From Candidatus Woesearchaeota archaeon (GTDB lineage: Archaea; Nanobdellota; Nanobdellia; Woesearchaeales; J072): a DNA stretch of 52,954 bases. This document shows positions 1 to 7,865 of the stretch, one piece after another. Both the position numbers and the translations under genes were made by a program. Positions within the stretch are counted from its first letter, which is position 1. Each line of letters starts with the position of its first letter. The stretch is taken from NCBI GenBank assembly GCA_003695265.1, contig RFII01000043.1, positions 1-52,954 on the forward strand, given 5' to 3'. The notes below the pieces were generated by a model. That model was not told the origin of the DNA, searched no databases, and saw nothing but the letters and a program-made list of their open reading frames with translations.

Positions 1-78
1 GTTGAAGACTTGCATATACGGCCGTTACTTTTTATTAATGCTTGCTTGCCATAAAAATTAAAACCGAATTTGTGCATT

Positions 79-1251
79 TTAATCTGTAATTTTTTCTGTT
101 ACAAAATTTCGTATTCTTTCAACGCCTTTCTTTATATCCTCTAAGGGTGATGCATAGCTCAAACGAATGTTATTATCTGCTCCAAAACTAATACCAGGAA
201 TTGCTGCTACTTTGGCTTCTTTCAACAGCAGCTTACAGAATTCTAACGACTTCATACCAGTCCCTCTTATGTTGGGGAATGCATAAAAAGCCCCCTCAGG
301 CAAATGGCATTTGATACCTTCTATTTTGTTCAATTCTTTAACAATTATTTTTCTTCTTTTATTGAATTCTCTCTTCATTTTCCTAACATCATCCTGTGGC
401 CCTTTTAAAGCTTCAAAAGCCGCTTTCTGTGCAATGCTGCATGGGTTAGAAGTTTCATGTGATTGAATAGAAGCCATCGCTTTTATCACGTTTTCAGGAC
501 CTGCTGAATAACCTATCCTCCAACCGGTCATGGCGTACGTCTTTGAAACTGAATTAATTGTGATCGTAATATTTTTTACCTCATCACTTAAAGAAGCAAT
601 GCTATAATGCTTTTTTCCATCATATGTAAAGTGCTCGTAAACCTCATCGCTTATTATAATAATGTTATTTTCTATTGCTAACTCAGCTATTTTTCTTAGT
701 TCATTTTTGCTGCAAACAACGCCTGTCGGATTGTTTGGGCTATTCAAGATTAAGATTTTTGTTTTGTCAGTGATTTTTTTTCTTATCAAATCAGCTGTTA
801 TTCTCATGTTGTTAGTTTTACAAAAAACAGGTGTTCCACCATTAAGCTTGACTTCCTCCGGATAACTTACCCAATAAGGAACAGGAATAATAACCTCGTC
901 ACCTTTGTCAAGAAGTGCTTTCATCGTGTTTGATATTGCTTGCTTCCCGCCATTAGAAATTATTATTTGGTCAGGGGAGTAATCAAGATTGTTTTCTCGT
1001 TTTAGCTTGTCGCACACTGCCTTTTTAAGTTCTAGCATTCCAGAAGGTGAAGTGTATTTTGTAAATCCTTCATCAATTGATTTTTTTGCTGCTTCTTTAA
1101 TATGCTTTGGTGTGTCAAAGTCAGGTTCTCCACTGCAGAATCCGATCACGTCAACTCCTCTTGCTTTCAGAAGGTTAAATTCGAGGGTTATTGCTAATGT
1201 TACACTAGCAGTTAGATTCTTTACTTTTTTATTTATCACTTTTTCACGCAA
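79..1251 (-). CDS. Class I PLP-dependent aminotransferase (aspartate aminotransferase-like)
   Basis: 390-aa ORF with GEPDFDTP, NSPNNPTG and SKTYAMTGWRIGY (PLP-lysine) motifs. The first codon is TTG. GTG at 1239 is an alternative start, and there is no nearby in-frame ATG. Confidence 0.9.
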   Translation of the reverse strand: MREKVINKKVKNLTASVTLAITLEFNLLKARGVDVIGFCSGEPDFDTPKHIKEAAKKSIDEGFTKYTSPSGMLELKKAVCDKLKRENNLDYSPDQIIISNGGKQAISNTMKALLDKGDEVIIPVPYWVSYPEEVKLNGGTPVFCKTNNMRITADLIRKKITDKTKILILNSPNNPTGVVCSKNELRKIAELAIENNIIIISDEVYEHFTYDGKKHYSIASLSDEVKNITITINSVSKTYAMTGWRIGYSAGPENVIKAMASIQSHETSNPCSIAQKAAFEALKGPQDDVRKMKREFNKRRKIIVKELNKIEGIKCHLPEGAFYAFPNIRGTGMKSLEFCKLLLKEAKVAAIPGISFGADNNIRLSYASPLEDIKKGVERIRNFVTEKITD

Positions 1252-1284
1252 TAAAAAGTTTTCTCAAAAGTTGATTTAAGATTA

Positions 1285-2028
1285 TTAGTCGTTCTCAACC
1301 CTTGGCGCCAGTATAAATGAGAGTTGCATCTTGTCAACTACGTTGTACTGGAGCTTTAAGGGGTAGTCTTTGTTGAACTGCAAAGTCACTTCGTCAGCGA
1401 GTTTTGAGCCGCCTATCATTTTCTTCAGGTACTCGATAGAGTACTTTGCGCGAATCTTGTCTTTTGAGCTTGAAGTGATTTTTGTGTTTTCGTCAGCTTC
1501 TATGTCAACTTTTGCCTTGCTAAGATCGCCTTGGCCGAAGATCTCAAGCTTTTTTGAGTCTGTCTGAAAGGTTACTGATTCTGCAACAATATCAACGTCC
1601 TCGATAGCCTCATTAAGAATCGTTGATGTGGTCTTTATCTCGACAGGGAAGCTCAGCTCAGGGACTTTCTGATCTTTTTCCTCAATAGCGATTAGAGGCA
1701 GAGAAAAAGTTCTTGTTGCGCCGTTCTTCATTGTTATTTTCAGCTTGTTGTCCTCCATTTCTAATGTTAAGCTGTCATTCTGCTTTGCCCTTCTCAGCAC
1801 CTGCTTAAGATTGCTGAGGTTTATCGCAATCTCGATGTCTTTCTCGAGCTTGTACTCTGTGAAGCAGCTTGAGAGAAGATTAAAGATTACCATTGCGACG
1901 TTCGCAGGGTCCATAGCAACGAGCTCCATCGAATTGGACGTTACTTTAAACCTTGCCTCTGTCACAAGCTCGGAAATTATGGAAACGCTTTCTTTCAAGT
2001 ATTTCGGCTCAGCTAATGTTAATCTCAT
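1285..2028 (-). CDS. pcn: DNA polymerase sliding clamp PCNA
   Basis: About 247 aa with archaeal PCNA-like sequence throughout (MRLTLAEPKYLKESVSIISELV...LSFILAPRVE). AGGTGA lies about 5 nt upstream of the ATG at 2028. The ORF track starts at GTG 2037. Confidence 0.9.
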   Translation of the reverse strand: MRLTLAEPKYLKESVSIISELVTEARFKVTSNSMELVAMDPANVAMVIFNLLSSCFTEYKLEKDIEIAINLSNLKQVLRRAKQNDSLTLEMEDNKLKITMKNGATRTFSLPLIAIEEKDQKVPELSFPVEIKTTSTILNEAIEDVDIVAESVTFQTDSKKLEIFGQGDLSKAKVDIEADENTKITSSSKDKIRAKYSIEYLKKMIGGSKLADEVTLQFNKDYPLKLQYNVVDKMQLSFILAPRVEND

Positions 2029-2106
2029 GACCATCACCTTGTATTAGTATTACCCCCGAGGACTAATAATAAACACAGTTATTTATATCTTTCTCTTTCG
2101 AGAAGG

Positions 2107-3435
2107 CTAAAGCCTTATCCTCTGCCCGTTTTTCATCAGGTGAACATTGGAATAGCCCATCTCACTGGCTAATTCGAGCAGTGGAGAGACTAGTCTGTAG
2201 TCTCCATGGGATGGTATTATGTGCTGCGGTTTTGTCATGTTTATCAAGTCGCGCTGGTCTTCCCTGCTTGCATGGCCTGAAACGTGGATGTCTGAGAAAA
2301 TCCTTACTTTATACCTATTTTTCAGCTGCTCCTCAAGCTTTCTCCTGTTCTCCTCGTTCGTCCCTGTCGGTATGACTTTGCATGAGAATATAACATGGTC
2401 TTCTGCGTCAAGCTTGAAAGGGAATTTTTTAGTCGCTATTTTTGACAGGACTGCCTTTGGCTCGCCCTGGTGTCCTGTGCATACTATGAGGTATTTGTGC
2501 TTGCCCTTTTTCTGTATTTTCTGGAGCATCTTCTTTATCTGCTTGCCGTATTTCACTATTTCGACGTCTTTTGAAAACTTAACTAAGCCTATGTTCTCAG
2601 CTGCCTTAACGTATTTTGCGAGGCTTCTTCCCAAAAAAACGATTTTCCTGTTCATTCTCTTGCCGAACTCAACTATTGATTTAAGTCTTGCAATATGTGA
2701 TGAGAATGTTGTAATAATAACTGCCTTTCCTAAAGAGTCCACGCCAAGCATCACCTCTTTCAAGAGCTCTCTTGCGACTGTTTCGCTGGGCGTCTTCTGC
2801 GGGTTTGATGAGTAGAGGGAATCAATTATCAGGCAAAGAACACCTTTCTTCCCTAACTCTCTTAATCTTTCATAATTAGGCTTCTTATCAAGTATTGGTG
2901 ATATGTCAAACTTGAAGTCATTCGCGTACAATATAACACCTTTAGGAGTGTGCAAAGCAATCATTACTGTCTGCGGCACAGAATGAGTTACGTTAATGAA
3001 TTCTATTTCAAGATTGTCAGATACTGGAAACCTCGAGTTCGGGTTAAGCCTCTTAACAGGGTTTTTCAGCCTTATTTTATCGTCTTTGACTATCGCGCTA
3101 AGGACTTCTGCAGTATATGGTGTGCAGACGATAGGCGCGTCGAATTTGTTTGAGAGAAAAGGAACAGCTCCCACATGATCAAGGTGCGCATGGCCAATAA
3201 CTATTGCCTTTACTTTTTTTGTCCAGTCCTCAATATGCTTTAAAGTCGGCACAGCATCAACTTCTGTAAGCTTTGCAACGCCCACCTTGACAACATCCTC
3301 ATCCTCTGTGTACTTGATGTAAGGCTCAAGGTTTAGGCCGAGGTCAAAAACAATAACCTCATCAGCAACCTTAACTGCTGTGCAGTTCCTTCCTGACTCG
3401 TTGTATCCGCCGACACTGCAGATTTCTATTCTCAT
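2107..3435 (-). CDS. rnj: Archaeal beta-CASP ribonuclease (aRNase J-like metallo-beta-lactamase)
   Basis: HAHLDH (HxHxDH) metallo-beta-lactamase motif plus a beta-CASP-sized C-terminal half. About 442 aa, as in archaeal RNase J. ATG at 3435; the track start at 3456 is GTG. Confidence 0.85.
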   Translation of the reverse strand: MRIEICSVGGYNESGRNCTAVKVADEVIVFDLGLNLEPYIKYTEDEDVVKVGVAKLTEVDAVPTLKHIEDWTKKVKAIVIGHAHLDHVGAVPFLSNKFDAPIVCTPYTAEVLSAIVKDDKIRLKNPVKRLNPNSRFPVSDNLEIEFINVTHSVPQTVMIALHTPKGVILYANDFKFDISPILDKKPNYERLRELGKKGVLCLIIDSLYSSNPQKTPSETVARELLKEVMLGVDSLGKAVIITTFSSHIARLKSIVEFGKRMNRKIVFLGRSLAKYVKAAENIGLVKFSKDVEIVKYGKQIKKMLQKIQKKGKHKYLIVCTGHQGEPKAVLSKIATKKFPFKLDAEDHVIFSCKVIPTGTNEENRRKLEEQLKNRYKVRIFSDIHVSGHASREDQRDLINMTKPQHIIPSHGDYRLVSPLLELASEMGYSNVHLMKNGQRIRL

Positions 3436-3456
3436 TAAACTAAATACTGAAAGCAC

Positions 3457-3467
3457 TTATATAAAAA
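3457..3467 (-). promoter_or_regulatory. TATA box for the leaderless RNase J gene
   Basis: The minus strand reads TTTTTATATAA, centred about 27 nt upstream of the ATG at 3435, with no SD in between. Confidence 0.45.
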
Positions 3468-3516
3468 GGTAATGAATTAATTTTTGCAATGGGGCTTGCA
3501 CCCCCTTTGTAAAAAA

Positions 3517-3720
3517 TTAATAAGAATTATTCCAACAAGTATTCCAAGCCTGGCTGCCAGGCCTTTCTTTTCCGCCAATCTTCATCAATTGCCTGCTGCC
3601 AAGTTTTTCCCTAAGCAAAACATCTAAAGCTAGTTGAGGTGCTTGATGCGCGACAATAGCAATATTCTGTTCATTATCTGTTGTTGTCCCATGGACAAAA
3701 TAGGTTATTTTTACTGCCAT
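3517..3720 (-). pseudogene. Internally deleted remnant of a histidine phosphatase (phosphoglycerate mutase superfamily) gene
   Basis: The 67-aa ORF joins the N-terminal catalytic motif region (KITYFVHGTTTDNE) directly to a C-terminal block (IAIVAHQAPQLALDVLL...). About 130 aa of core are missing compared with family members as I recall them. Confidence 0.5.
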
Positions 3721-3722
3721 AA

Positions 3723-4601
3723 TCATGTTTTCCTTATGAATTCCAAAACTGCCTCCCACCATTCTTTATTATAAAATGGGTAATGCTTCATATTGTTGAT
3801 CTTCACGTATTCCCATTCAACACAATCATTGCAGGACTCAAATGCTTTTTCCAAGCCACCCATAATCTCATGAGCATATTTCAGTTCGTCGTTGCCTAAT
3901 GTGAACATGTACCTTGATTTCATCTTATTTATGTTGGGAATTATTGATTTTTGTTCCCAAATTTTTGGAACTTCATCAGGAGTTCCACTGTATGACCTTA
4001 TAGTTAAATTTATTATGTTCTCTGCTCTTTTCTGAAGTTCTGGATCATATAATCCTATTTCCTTGTTTTCAGTCATCTCATACAGTCTTCTTAAGTCTGT
4101 TACGAAGCTGTTTGCTATCACGCCGTTTGTTTTCTCGATTGTGTTTGCAAAAGAAACTATATAGCCGCCTCTTGAGTGTCCTAAAAGGTATATTTTATCC
4201 AATTTAAGACCATATTCTCCAGCATTGTGTTTTGCCCATCTTACTGCACAAAGAAAATCTTTAAGGTCTTTGTCTCCCAGTCCGGTTTCTTGCTTATAAA
4301 CCACAACAAGGCTTAAATAGCCAAGTCTGTTGAATTTGTCTTTGACCAGGTCTGAGATTCTTTTTGCGCTGTTGTAGCCACCTTTATCAGTGTCAGTATA
4401 ACCTCCCGCAATAATAATTACTTTGTCAAAGTCAATCCCTTTCGGCTTGTTAAGGAAAGCAGTTACAGAGCAATTATCTGTTTTTAATAAGACCTCTTTG
4501 CTCTCATAAAACTTTGAAATATTGTCTGTTGTGGGCTGGAACATAAGAAAAATCGCAAAGATTAAGATTACAGCAATTAAGGGAATTATTATTTTTCTCA
4601 T
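3723..4601 (-). CDS. Membrane-anchored alpha/beta hydrolase (serine hydrolase, GHSRGG nucleophile elbow)
   Basis: Starts at MRKIIIPLIAVILIF (signal anchor). GxSxG motif GHSRGG is present. The 34 upstream codons in the track ORF overlap the structured RNA and look non-coding. Confidence 0.7.
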   Translation of the reverse strand: MRKIIIPLIAVILIFAIFLMFQPTTDNISKFYESKEVLLKTDNCSVTAFLNKPKGIDFDKVIIIAGGYTDTDKGGYNSAKRISDLVKDKFNRLGYLSLVVVYKQETGLGDKDLKDFLCAVRWAKHNAGEYGLKLDKIYLLGHSRGGYIVSFANTIEKTNGVIANSFVTDLRRLYEMTENKEIGLYDPELQKRAENIINLTIRSYSGTPDEVPKIWEQKSIIPNINKMKSRYMFTLGNDELKYAHEIMGGLEKAFESCNDCVEWEYVKINNMKHYPFYNKEWWEAVLEFIRKT

Positions 4602-4605
4602 TATG

Positions 4606-4611
4606 AAAAAA
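4606..4611 (-). terminator. Oligo-U tract ending the structured RNA
   Basis: A U6 run on the minus strand immediately follows the closing helix strand CCCCCGCAC. Confidence 0.4.
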
Positions 4612-4893
4612 GTGCGGGGGAAGGGACTTTCACAAAGTTTCAGCATTTGTCGTGAGGTTTCACGTTCAACTGTGAACACCTCACTTGAGCGCCTTTTACT
4701 CAAGTTTTTACTAAAACCTTGGTTTGAACCCTCGTAGGCACTAAGCCACTGGATGACTTACAAATGGTTTCTTCATTGCACTCATGTGAGCACTCAGCAC
4801 TCAAATGCCTTGAGTCCAGCCCGTCTGGTCGTTTCAGGGTTCTGCGTTCGGAACGCTGAACCTGGACTTTGACCGCTCCGGCACCCCCGCAAA
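4612..4893 (-). ncRNA. Unclassified ~280-nt structured RNA (SRP-RNA-like or RNase-P-RNA-like size and topology; class unresolved)
   Basis: GC-rich island in AT-rich surroundings. Three nested long-range helices: 4884-4890 with 4614-4620 (GCGGGGG/CCCCCGC), 4866-4871 with 4633-4638, and 4802-4808 with 4643-4649. Local hairpins at 4839-4861, 4684-4704 and 4652-4684. An A/T box lies upstream and a U6 run downstream on the minus strand. Confidence 0.55.
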
Positions 4894-4915
4894 TGAGCAA
4901 TCATCAGAACTAGAG

Positions 4916-4928
4916 AATATTATTTAAA
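4916..4928 (-). promoter_or_regulatory. TATA-like box upstream of the structured RNA
   Basis: The minus strand reads TTTAAATAATATT about 25-35 nt upstream of the GCGGGGG 5' helix strand. Confidence 0.4.
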
Positions 4929-4930
4929 TT

Positions 4931-5326
4931 TTACTCTAATTTCTTCAGGGTTTCCTCAATTTCGGCAAGTTCTTCTTCAAGCTCGGCGATTTCAGAAGAT
5001 TTCTTTCTCTGTTTAACTGCTTTTTTCTTTGTCTTCCCTGTAAGTGTTTGTTCTTTTTCAGATGTTTTCTTCGTTGAACTTAAAGTATAAGGTCTCATGT
5101 CCTCATCAACAGCTTTGGAAAGACGGTCTCTCAGCTTTGCCATTAAGAACTTTATTTCATGCACGTTTTGTCTTAGAGATTTAATTCCCTGCAATTTCTC
5201 TCTGTTTATCTGTTTGGCACGTTCGTTCTTCTCAAGAATGTAAATCATCAGCCTCGAGGTTTCAAGAATATTTTTTCTGAGGCTCTTCGGGTATTCAATC
5301 CCAACGTAATAATCATTTCTTGCCAT
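4931..5326 (-). CDS. Coiled-coil protein, paralog 3 of a triplet, with Lys-rich segment and acidic C-terminal helix
   Basis: 131-aa ORF. AGGU lies upstream of the ATG. The start is 2 nt after the stop of the upstream gene. Heptad-like pattern, weaker similarity to the two upstream proteins. Confidence 0.6.
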   Translation of the reverse strand: MARNDYYVGIEYPKSLRKNILETSRLMIYILEKNERAKQINREKLQGIKSLRQNVHEIKFLMAKLRDRLSKAVDEDMRPYTLSSTKKTSEKEQTLTGKTKKKAVKQRKKSSEIAELEEELAEIEETLKKLE

Positions 5327-5328
5327 TC

Positions 5329-5556
5329 TTACCTTGGCTCCAAAATGTAGCTGTCTATCATTTTAACCTTGTTTTCAATTTCGGCAAGCTGGTTAGACCA
5401 TACTTCCAGCTCAGCGTCCTCTTCTGCCTTGATTTTTTCGATTCTGCTAAGCGCTATTTTAGCGTCTTTAATCTTGTCTTTTATGATTTTCACCATTTTA
5501 AGTATGTCATCATATTCATCAAACTTCACGTAAATAGGCATTCCCTCTTCTTCCAT
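5329..5556 (-). CDS. Small coiled-coil protein, paralog 2 of a triplet
   Basis: ATG at 5556 with GGAGG (5566-5570) 9 nt upstream. 75 aa, clearly alignable to the C-terminal ~65 aa of 5559..6383. The track start at 5631 overlaps the upstream gene and is unlikely. Confidence 0.65.
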   Translation of the reverse strand: MEEEGMPIYVKFDEYDDILKMVKIIKDKIKDAKIALSRIEKIKAEEDAELEVWSNQLAEIENKVKMIDSYILEPR

Positions 5557-5558
5557 TT

Positions 5559-6383
5559 TTAGATACCTCCTATGGAATGGAACAGCTTTTTGTCTATGAA
5601 CACAAGTTTTCTTTGGATTTCTTCTGCGCAATCAAACCATTTTTTCAGCTGCGCCTTCCTAATCCTTATAGTGTTTTCTACATTCCCCAAGTACCTATCA
5701 GCGTCAGTCAGGTTTTCTATTGCGACAATAATATCAGATATCATTGTGTTGTAGTTCTCAAGTGAAACAAATTTTTCTTTCTTTTTTGGTTTGAGCAGTT
5801 CATCGGTTGAATAGTTTATTTTAGGAAGTTCCTCTTGTTTATTCTCAGAAATGTTGAATCCTGGAAGCTTGTCATCCAATCCCTTTATGTCAAAGGATGG
5901 AAGATTTTCTGGCGTTGGTTTCTTCAGCTCCAATTTGACTTTGTGAATAGGATCTGGCTTTGGGTGTGGGATAAAATGCGGCTCAACACGTTTTATATCA
6001 ATGTGGTTTTCTTCATGAAACATATTGTGCTTAGACTTTGGTACCAGTTCAGTCTTAGGCTTCTGTTCTGCCTTGAAGTCTTGCTCAGGCACTAAATTTT
6101 GTGTTTGTTTTAGATCTTGAATTTTTTTTGGAACTGGACTTGGAATTTGCTCTTTCTTTGGAGCAGGTTCTGGATGTATGTTCATCTCAGGTGGGACTGG
6201 AGGAGGAGTAAGGTTGTTAAGATCAGGTTTTGGAAAAGGCTCTTCTTTTTCCAGCTTTGGAGGTGGTGGGGGAACTATGTCTTTTCCTCTTCCTATCACA
6301 TCCTTTGGTGTTGGCACTGGAGGCTCTAAGTCAAGAGGAATTGGCTCCTTTTTCTTTTTCTCAAAAATCTTCAGGAAAGGCAT
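5559..6383 (-). CDS. Proline-rich linker protein with short amphipathic N-terminus and C-terminal coiled-coil domain (paralog 1)
   Basis: 274-aa ORF. N-terminus is MPFLKIFEKKKK, followed by about 190 aa of P/K/E-rich low complexity (PPPPPK, PPPVPPE). The C-terminal FVSLENYNTMISDII...WFDCAEEIQRKLVFIDKKLF matches paralog 2. Confidence 0.65.
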   Translation of the reverse strand: MPFLKIFEKKKKEPIPLDLEPPVPTPKDVIGRGKDIVPPPPPKLEKEEPFPKPDLNNLTPPPVPPEMNIHPEPAPKKEQIPSPVPKKIQDLKQTQNLVPEQDFKAEQKPKTELVPKSKHNMFHEENHIDIKRVEPHFIPHPKPDPIHKVKLELKKPTPENLPSFDIKGLDDKLPGFNISENKQEELPKINYSTDELLKPKKKEKFVSLENYNTMISDIIVAIENLTDADRYLGNVENTIRIRKAQLKKWFDCAEEIQRKLVFIDKKLFHSIGGI

Positions 6384-6524
6384 TAGACCACCGACTAGTA
6401 ATACTTTAAAGGACTGTTCTGCTTATTAAAACTTTTATAATTATTATAGGATAGTAACTTAGAACATGTTTTTTGATTTTCTTATTTTAGATAATAAATA
6501 GCATATCATAGGAAAAGCGAAAGA

Positions 6525-6557
6525 TTTAAATAAAATTATATGATAATTTTGTCATAT
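6525..6557 (+). promoter_or_regulatory. TATA box plus inverted repeat (candidate ArsR operator) overlapping the arsR-family start
   Basis: TTTAAATA at 6525-6532 lies about 27 nt upstream of the ATG at 6556, so the gene is probably leaderless. Inverted repeat ATATGA (6538-6543) / TCATAT (6552-6557) with an 8-nt spacer. Confidence 0.35.
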
Positions 6558-6897
6558 GAGTAACTTGCACAGACTGTTTTTCAAAGCATTCTCCAATAAA
6601 ACAAGATTGGAAATAATCAGATTGCTTAGGAAAAAGCCTCTTACTGTAACAGAAATATGCAAGAAAACAGGGTTCGAGCAGAGTAGAATATCGCACAATT
6701 TGAAATGCCTTGAGCACTGCGGATTCGTAAAGGTTACACCTAATGGCAGCTTCAGAAAATACGAGTTGGATAAAGAAACTATTATCCCAATTGTTGACCT
6801 GTTTGAGAAGCACATCAAAAAATACAGGAAAAGGCTTGAGTGCTGCAAGGTAATAGGACAAAGTAATAGAAGAATGAAAAAATCAGAGGCAAGGTGA
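6556..6897 (+). CDS. ArsR/SmtB-family metal-responsive HTH regulator
   Basis: LFFKAFSNKTRLEIIRLLRKKPLTVTEICKKTGFEQSRISHNLKCLEHCGFV is a typical ArsR wHTH core. Confidence 0.85.
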   Translation: MSNLHRLFFKAFSNKTRLEIIRLLRKKPLTVTEICKKTGFEQSRISHNLKCLEHCGFVKVTPNGSFRKYELDKETIIPIVDLFEKHIKKYRKRLECCKVIGQSNRRMKKSEAR

Positions 6898-6903
6898 TAT
6901 AAA

Positions 6904-7332
6904 ATGAGAAAATATAGTGTGCTTTTAATAATATTGTTGATTGGCGCTCTTGTAGTAAGCGGTTGTCAAAGCCAGCCAGCAAACAACAAAGCCGCAGCTG
7001 ACAAAACGCTTCAGCAAAGCCAAACAGAGCAAAGCACACCAACCAAATCAAGCGGTGAAGTCAAAGAATTCGCGATGACTGCAAAGCAATGGGAGTTCAT
7101 CCCAAGCACAATAACAGTTAACAAAGGCGACACAGTAAAACTTCACATAAAAAGCGTTGATGTCACGCACGGCTTTGCACTGCCTGATTTTGGGATTAAC
7201 AAAAACTTGGAGCCTGGCAAGACAGTTAACGTGGAATTCGTAGCAGACAAAACAGGGGCATTCACGTTCTTCTGCTCAGTGTACTGCGGCTCAGGCCATG
7301 GCGGAATGAAAGGAAAGCTGATCGTAAAATGA
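6904..7332 (+). CDS. Secreted cupredoxin-domain lipoprotein (CuA-like C-x3-C-x3-H-x2-M site)
   Basis: Signal peptide with lipobox VVSGC. The cupredoxin pattern runs from FIPSTITVNKGDTVKLHIKSVDVTHGF to FFCSVYCGSGHGGMKGKLIV. AAGGTGAT SD upstream. Confidence 0.8.
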   Translation: MRKYSVLLIILLIGALVVSGCQSQPANNKAAADKTLQQSQTEQSTPTKSSGEVKEFAMTAKQWEFIPSTITVNKGDTVKLHIKSVDVTHGFALPDFGINKNLEPGKTVNVEFVADKTGAFTFFCSVYCGSGHGGMKGKLIVK

Positions 7333-7526
7333 ATGCCAATATAATGGGAAATGTGACTTGCCCAAAGTGCGGCCACAAGCAGCCAATGAAAATTCCAAGC
7401 TCTTCGTGCCAGGCATTCTACAAATGCGAAGGCTGCAAAAGCATGATCCCAGCAGAAAAAAGCTGCTGCGTCTTTTGTGACTATGGAGACAGGAAATGTC
7501 CGGCAGCGGAGAAGCATAAAAAATGA
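7329..7526 (+). CDS. Cys-rich zinc-ribbon / GDCCVxC-like metal-binding protein
   Basis: 65 aa containing CPKC, CEGC and SCCVFCDYGDRKCP. ATGA overlap with the upstream stop. The family name is from memory of mer-associated GDCCVxC proteins. Confidence 0.6.
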   Translation: MNANIMGNVTCPKCGHKQPMKIPSSSCQAFYKCEGCKSMIPAEKSCCVFCDYGDRKCPAAEKHKK

Positions 7527-7861
7527 AGAAGGAGAACAAAAAATTATTGTTTGCCGGAGGCATTGCTGGGATTATAGCCTCGCTTTGCTGTCTTGGGCCT
7601 GTTATCCTTGTCTTGCTTGGACTTGCAGGCGTTTCAACAGCTTTGAGCATTGGCAAATTCACTTGGCTTTTCACAACGCTGGCATTAATATTTTTCGGAG
7701 CTGCGGTTTTTCTTTACCTCACAAGAAAGAAATGCTGTAACATAAGAGGAATGAAGGAAAACTGGAAGCCAATAATAGTGTCTTTTCTAGTTTTAGTTGT
7801 GTTTTTGATACTGCTAAAATATTGGCTTGCGCCTTTACTCGCAAAACTTGCTTACAGGTGA
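7523..7861 (+). CDS. MerT/MerF-like heavy-metal uptake membrane protein (two vicinal Cys pairs)
   Basis: Three predicted TM helices. One CC pair lies in TM1 (ASLCCLGPV) and a second CC pair after TM2 (RKKCCN). ATGA overlap with the upstream gene. Confidence 0.6.
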   Translation: MKKENKKLLFAGGIAGIIASLCCLGPVILVLLGLAGVSTALSIGKFTWLFTTLALIFFGAAVFLYLTRKKCCNIRGMKENWKPIIVSFLVLVVFLILLKYWLAPLLAKLAYR

Positions 7862-7865
7862 TACA

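Noticed and set aside
2219-2815. Long antisense or alternate-frame ORFs. Examples: 2219..2815 (+), 6178..6429 (+, Gly-rich), 6526..6861 (-), 7143..7674 (-), 34110..34367 (+, Lys-rich), 35972..36388 (-), 37851..38279 (-), 31590..31964 (-).
   Set aside because: Each lies entirely inside a well-supported gene on the other strand or in another frame. Each has the skewed composition expected of shadow ORFs, for example the Gly-rich mirror of the Pro-rich gene and the Lys-rich frame of the acidic ScpB tail.
3488-3510. GGGG-CTTGCA-CCCC hairpin between the phosphatase remnant and the RNase J promoter, considered as a terminator.
   Set aside because: The stem is only 4 bp and there is no adjacent oligo-T tract on the relevant strand.
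4612-4893. Firm assignment of the structured RNA as RNase P RNA (AAAGUCC and GGCUUA present) or as SRP RNA (size, end-closing helix, two 5' hairpins then a long helix).
   Set aside because: The AAAGUCC/GGCUUA pairing would leave about 130 nt dangling 3' of P4 and is incompatible with the terminal helix. No helix-8 GNAR tetraloop or AGCA loop signature was found for SRP. The call is left as an unclassified ncRNA pending a covariance-model search.
4522-4900. ORF-track entries 4700..4900 (-), 4522..4737 (+) and the first 34 codons of 3723..4703 (-) considered as coding sequence.
   Set aside because: Their translations are low-plausibility (Arg/Ser/Gly/Cys-rich, no motifs). They coincide with a GC-rich segment that folds into nested helices. 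The hydrolase has a convincing signal-anchor start at 4601.
7329-7526. Possible selenocysteine recoding in the GDCCVxC-like protein. Some family members are selenoproteins, as I recall.
   Set aside because: The motif here is encoded with Cys codons, and there is no in-frame TGA inside the ORF.
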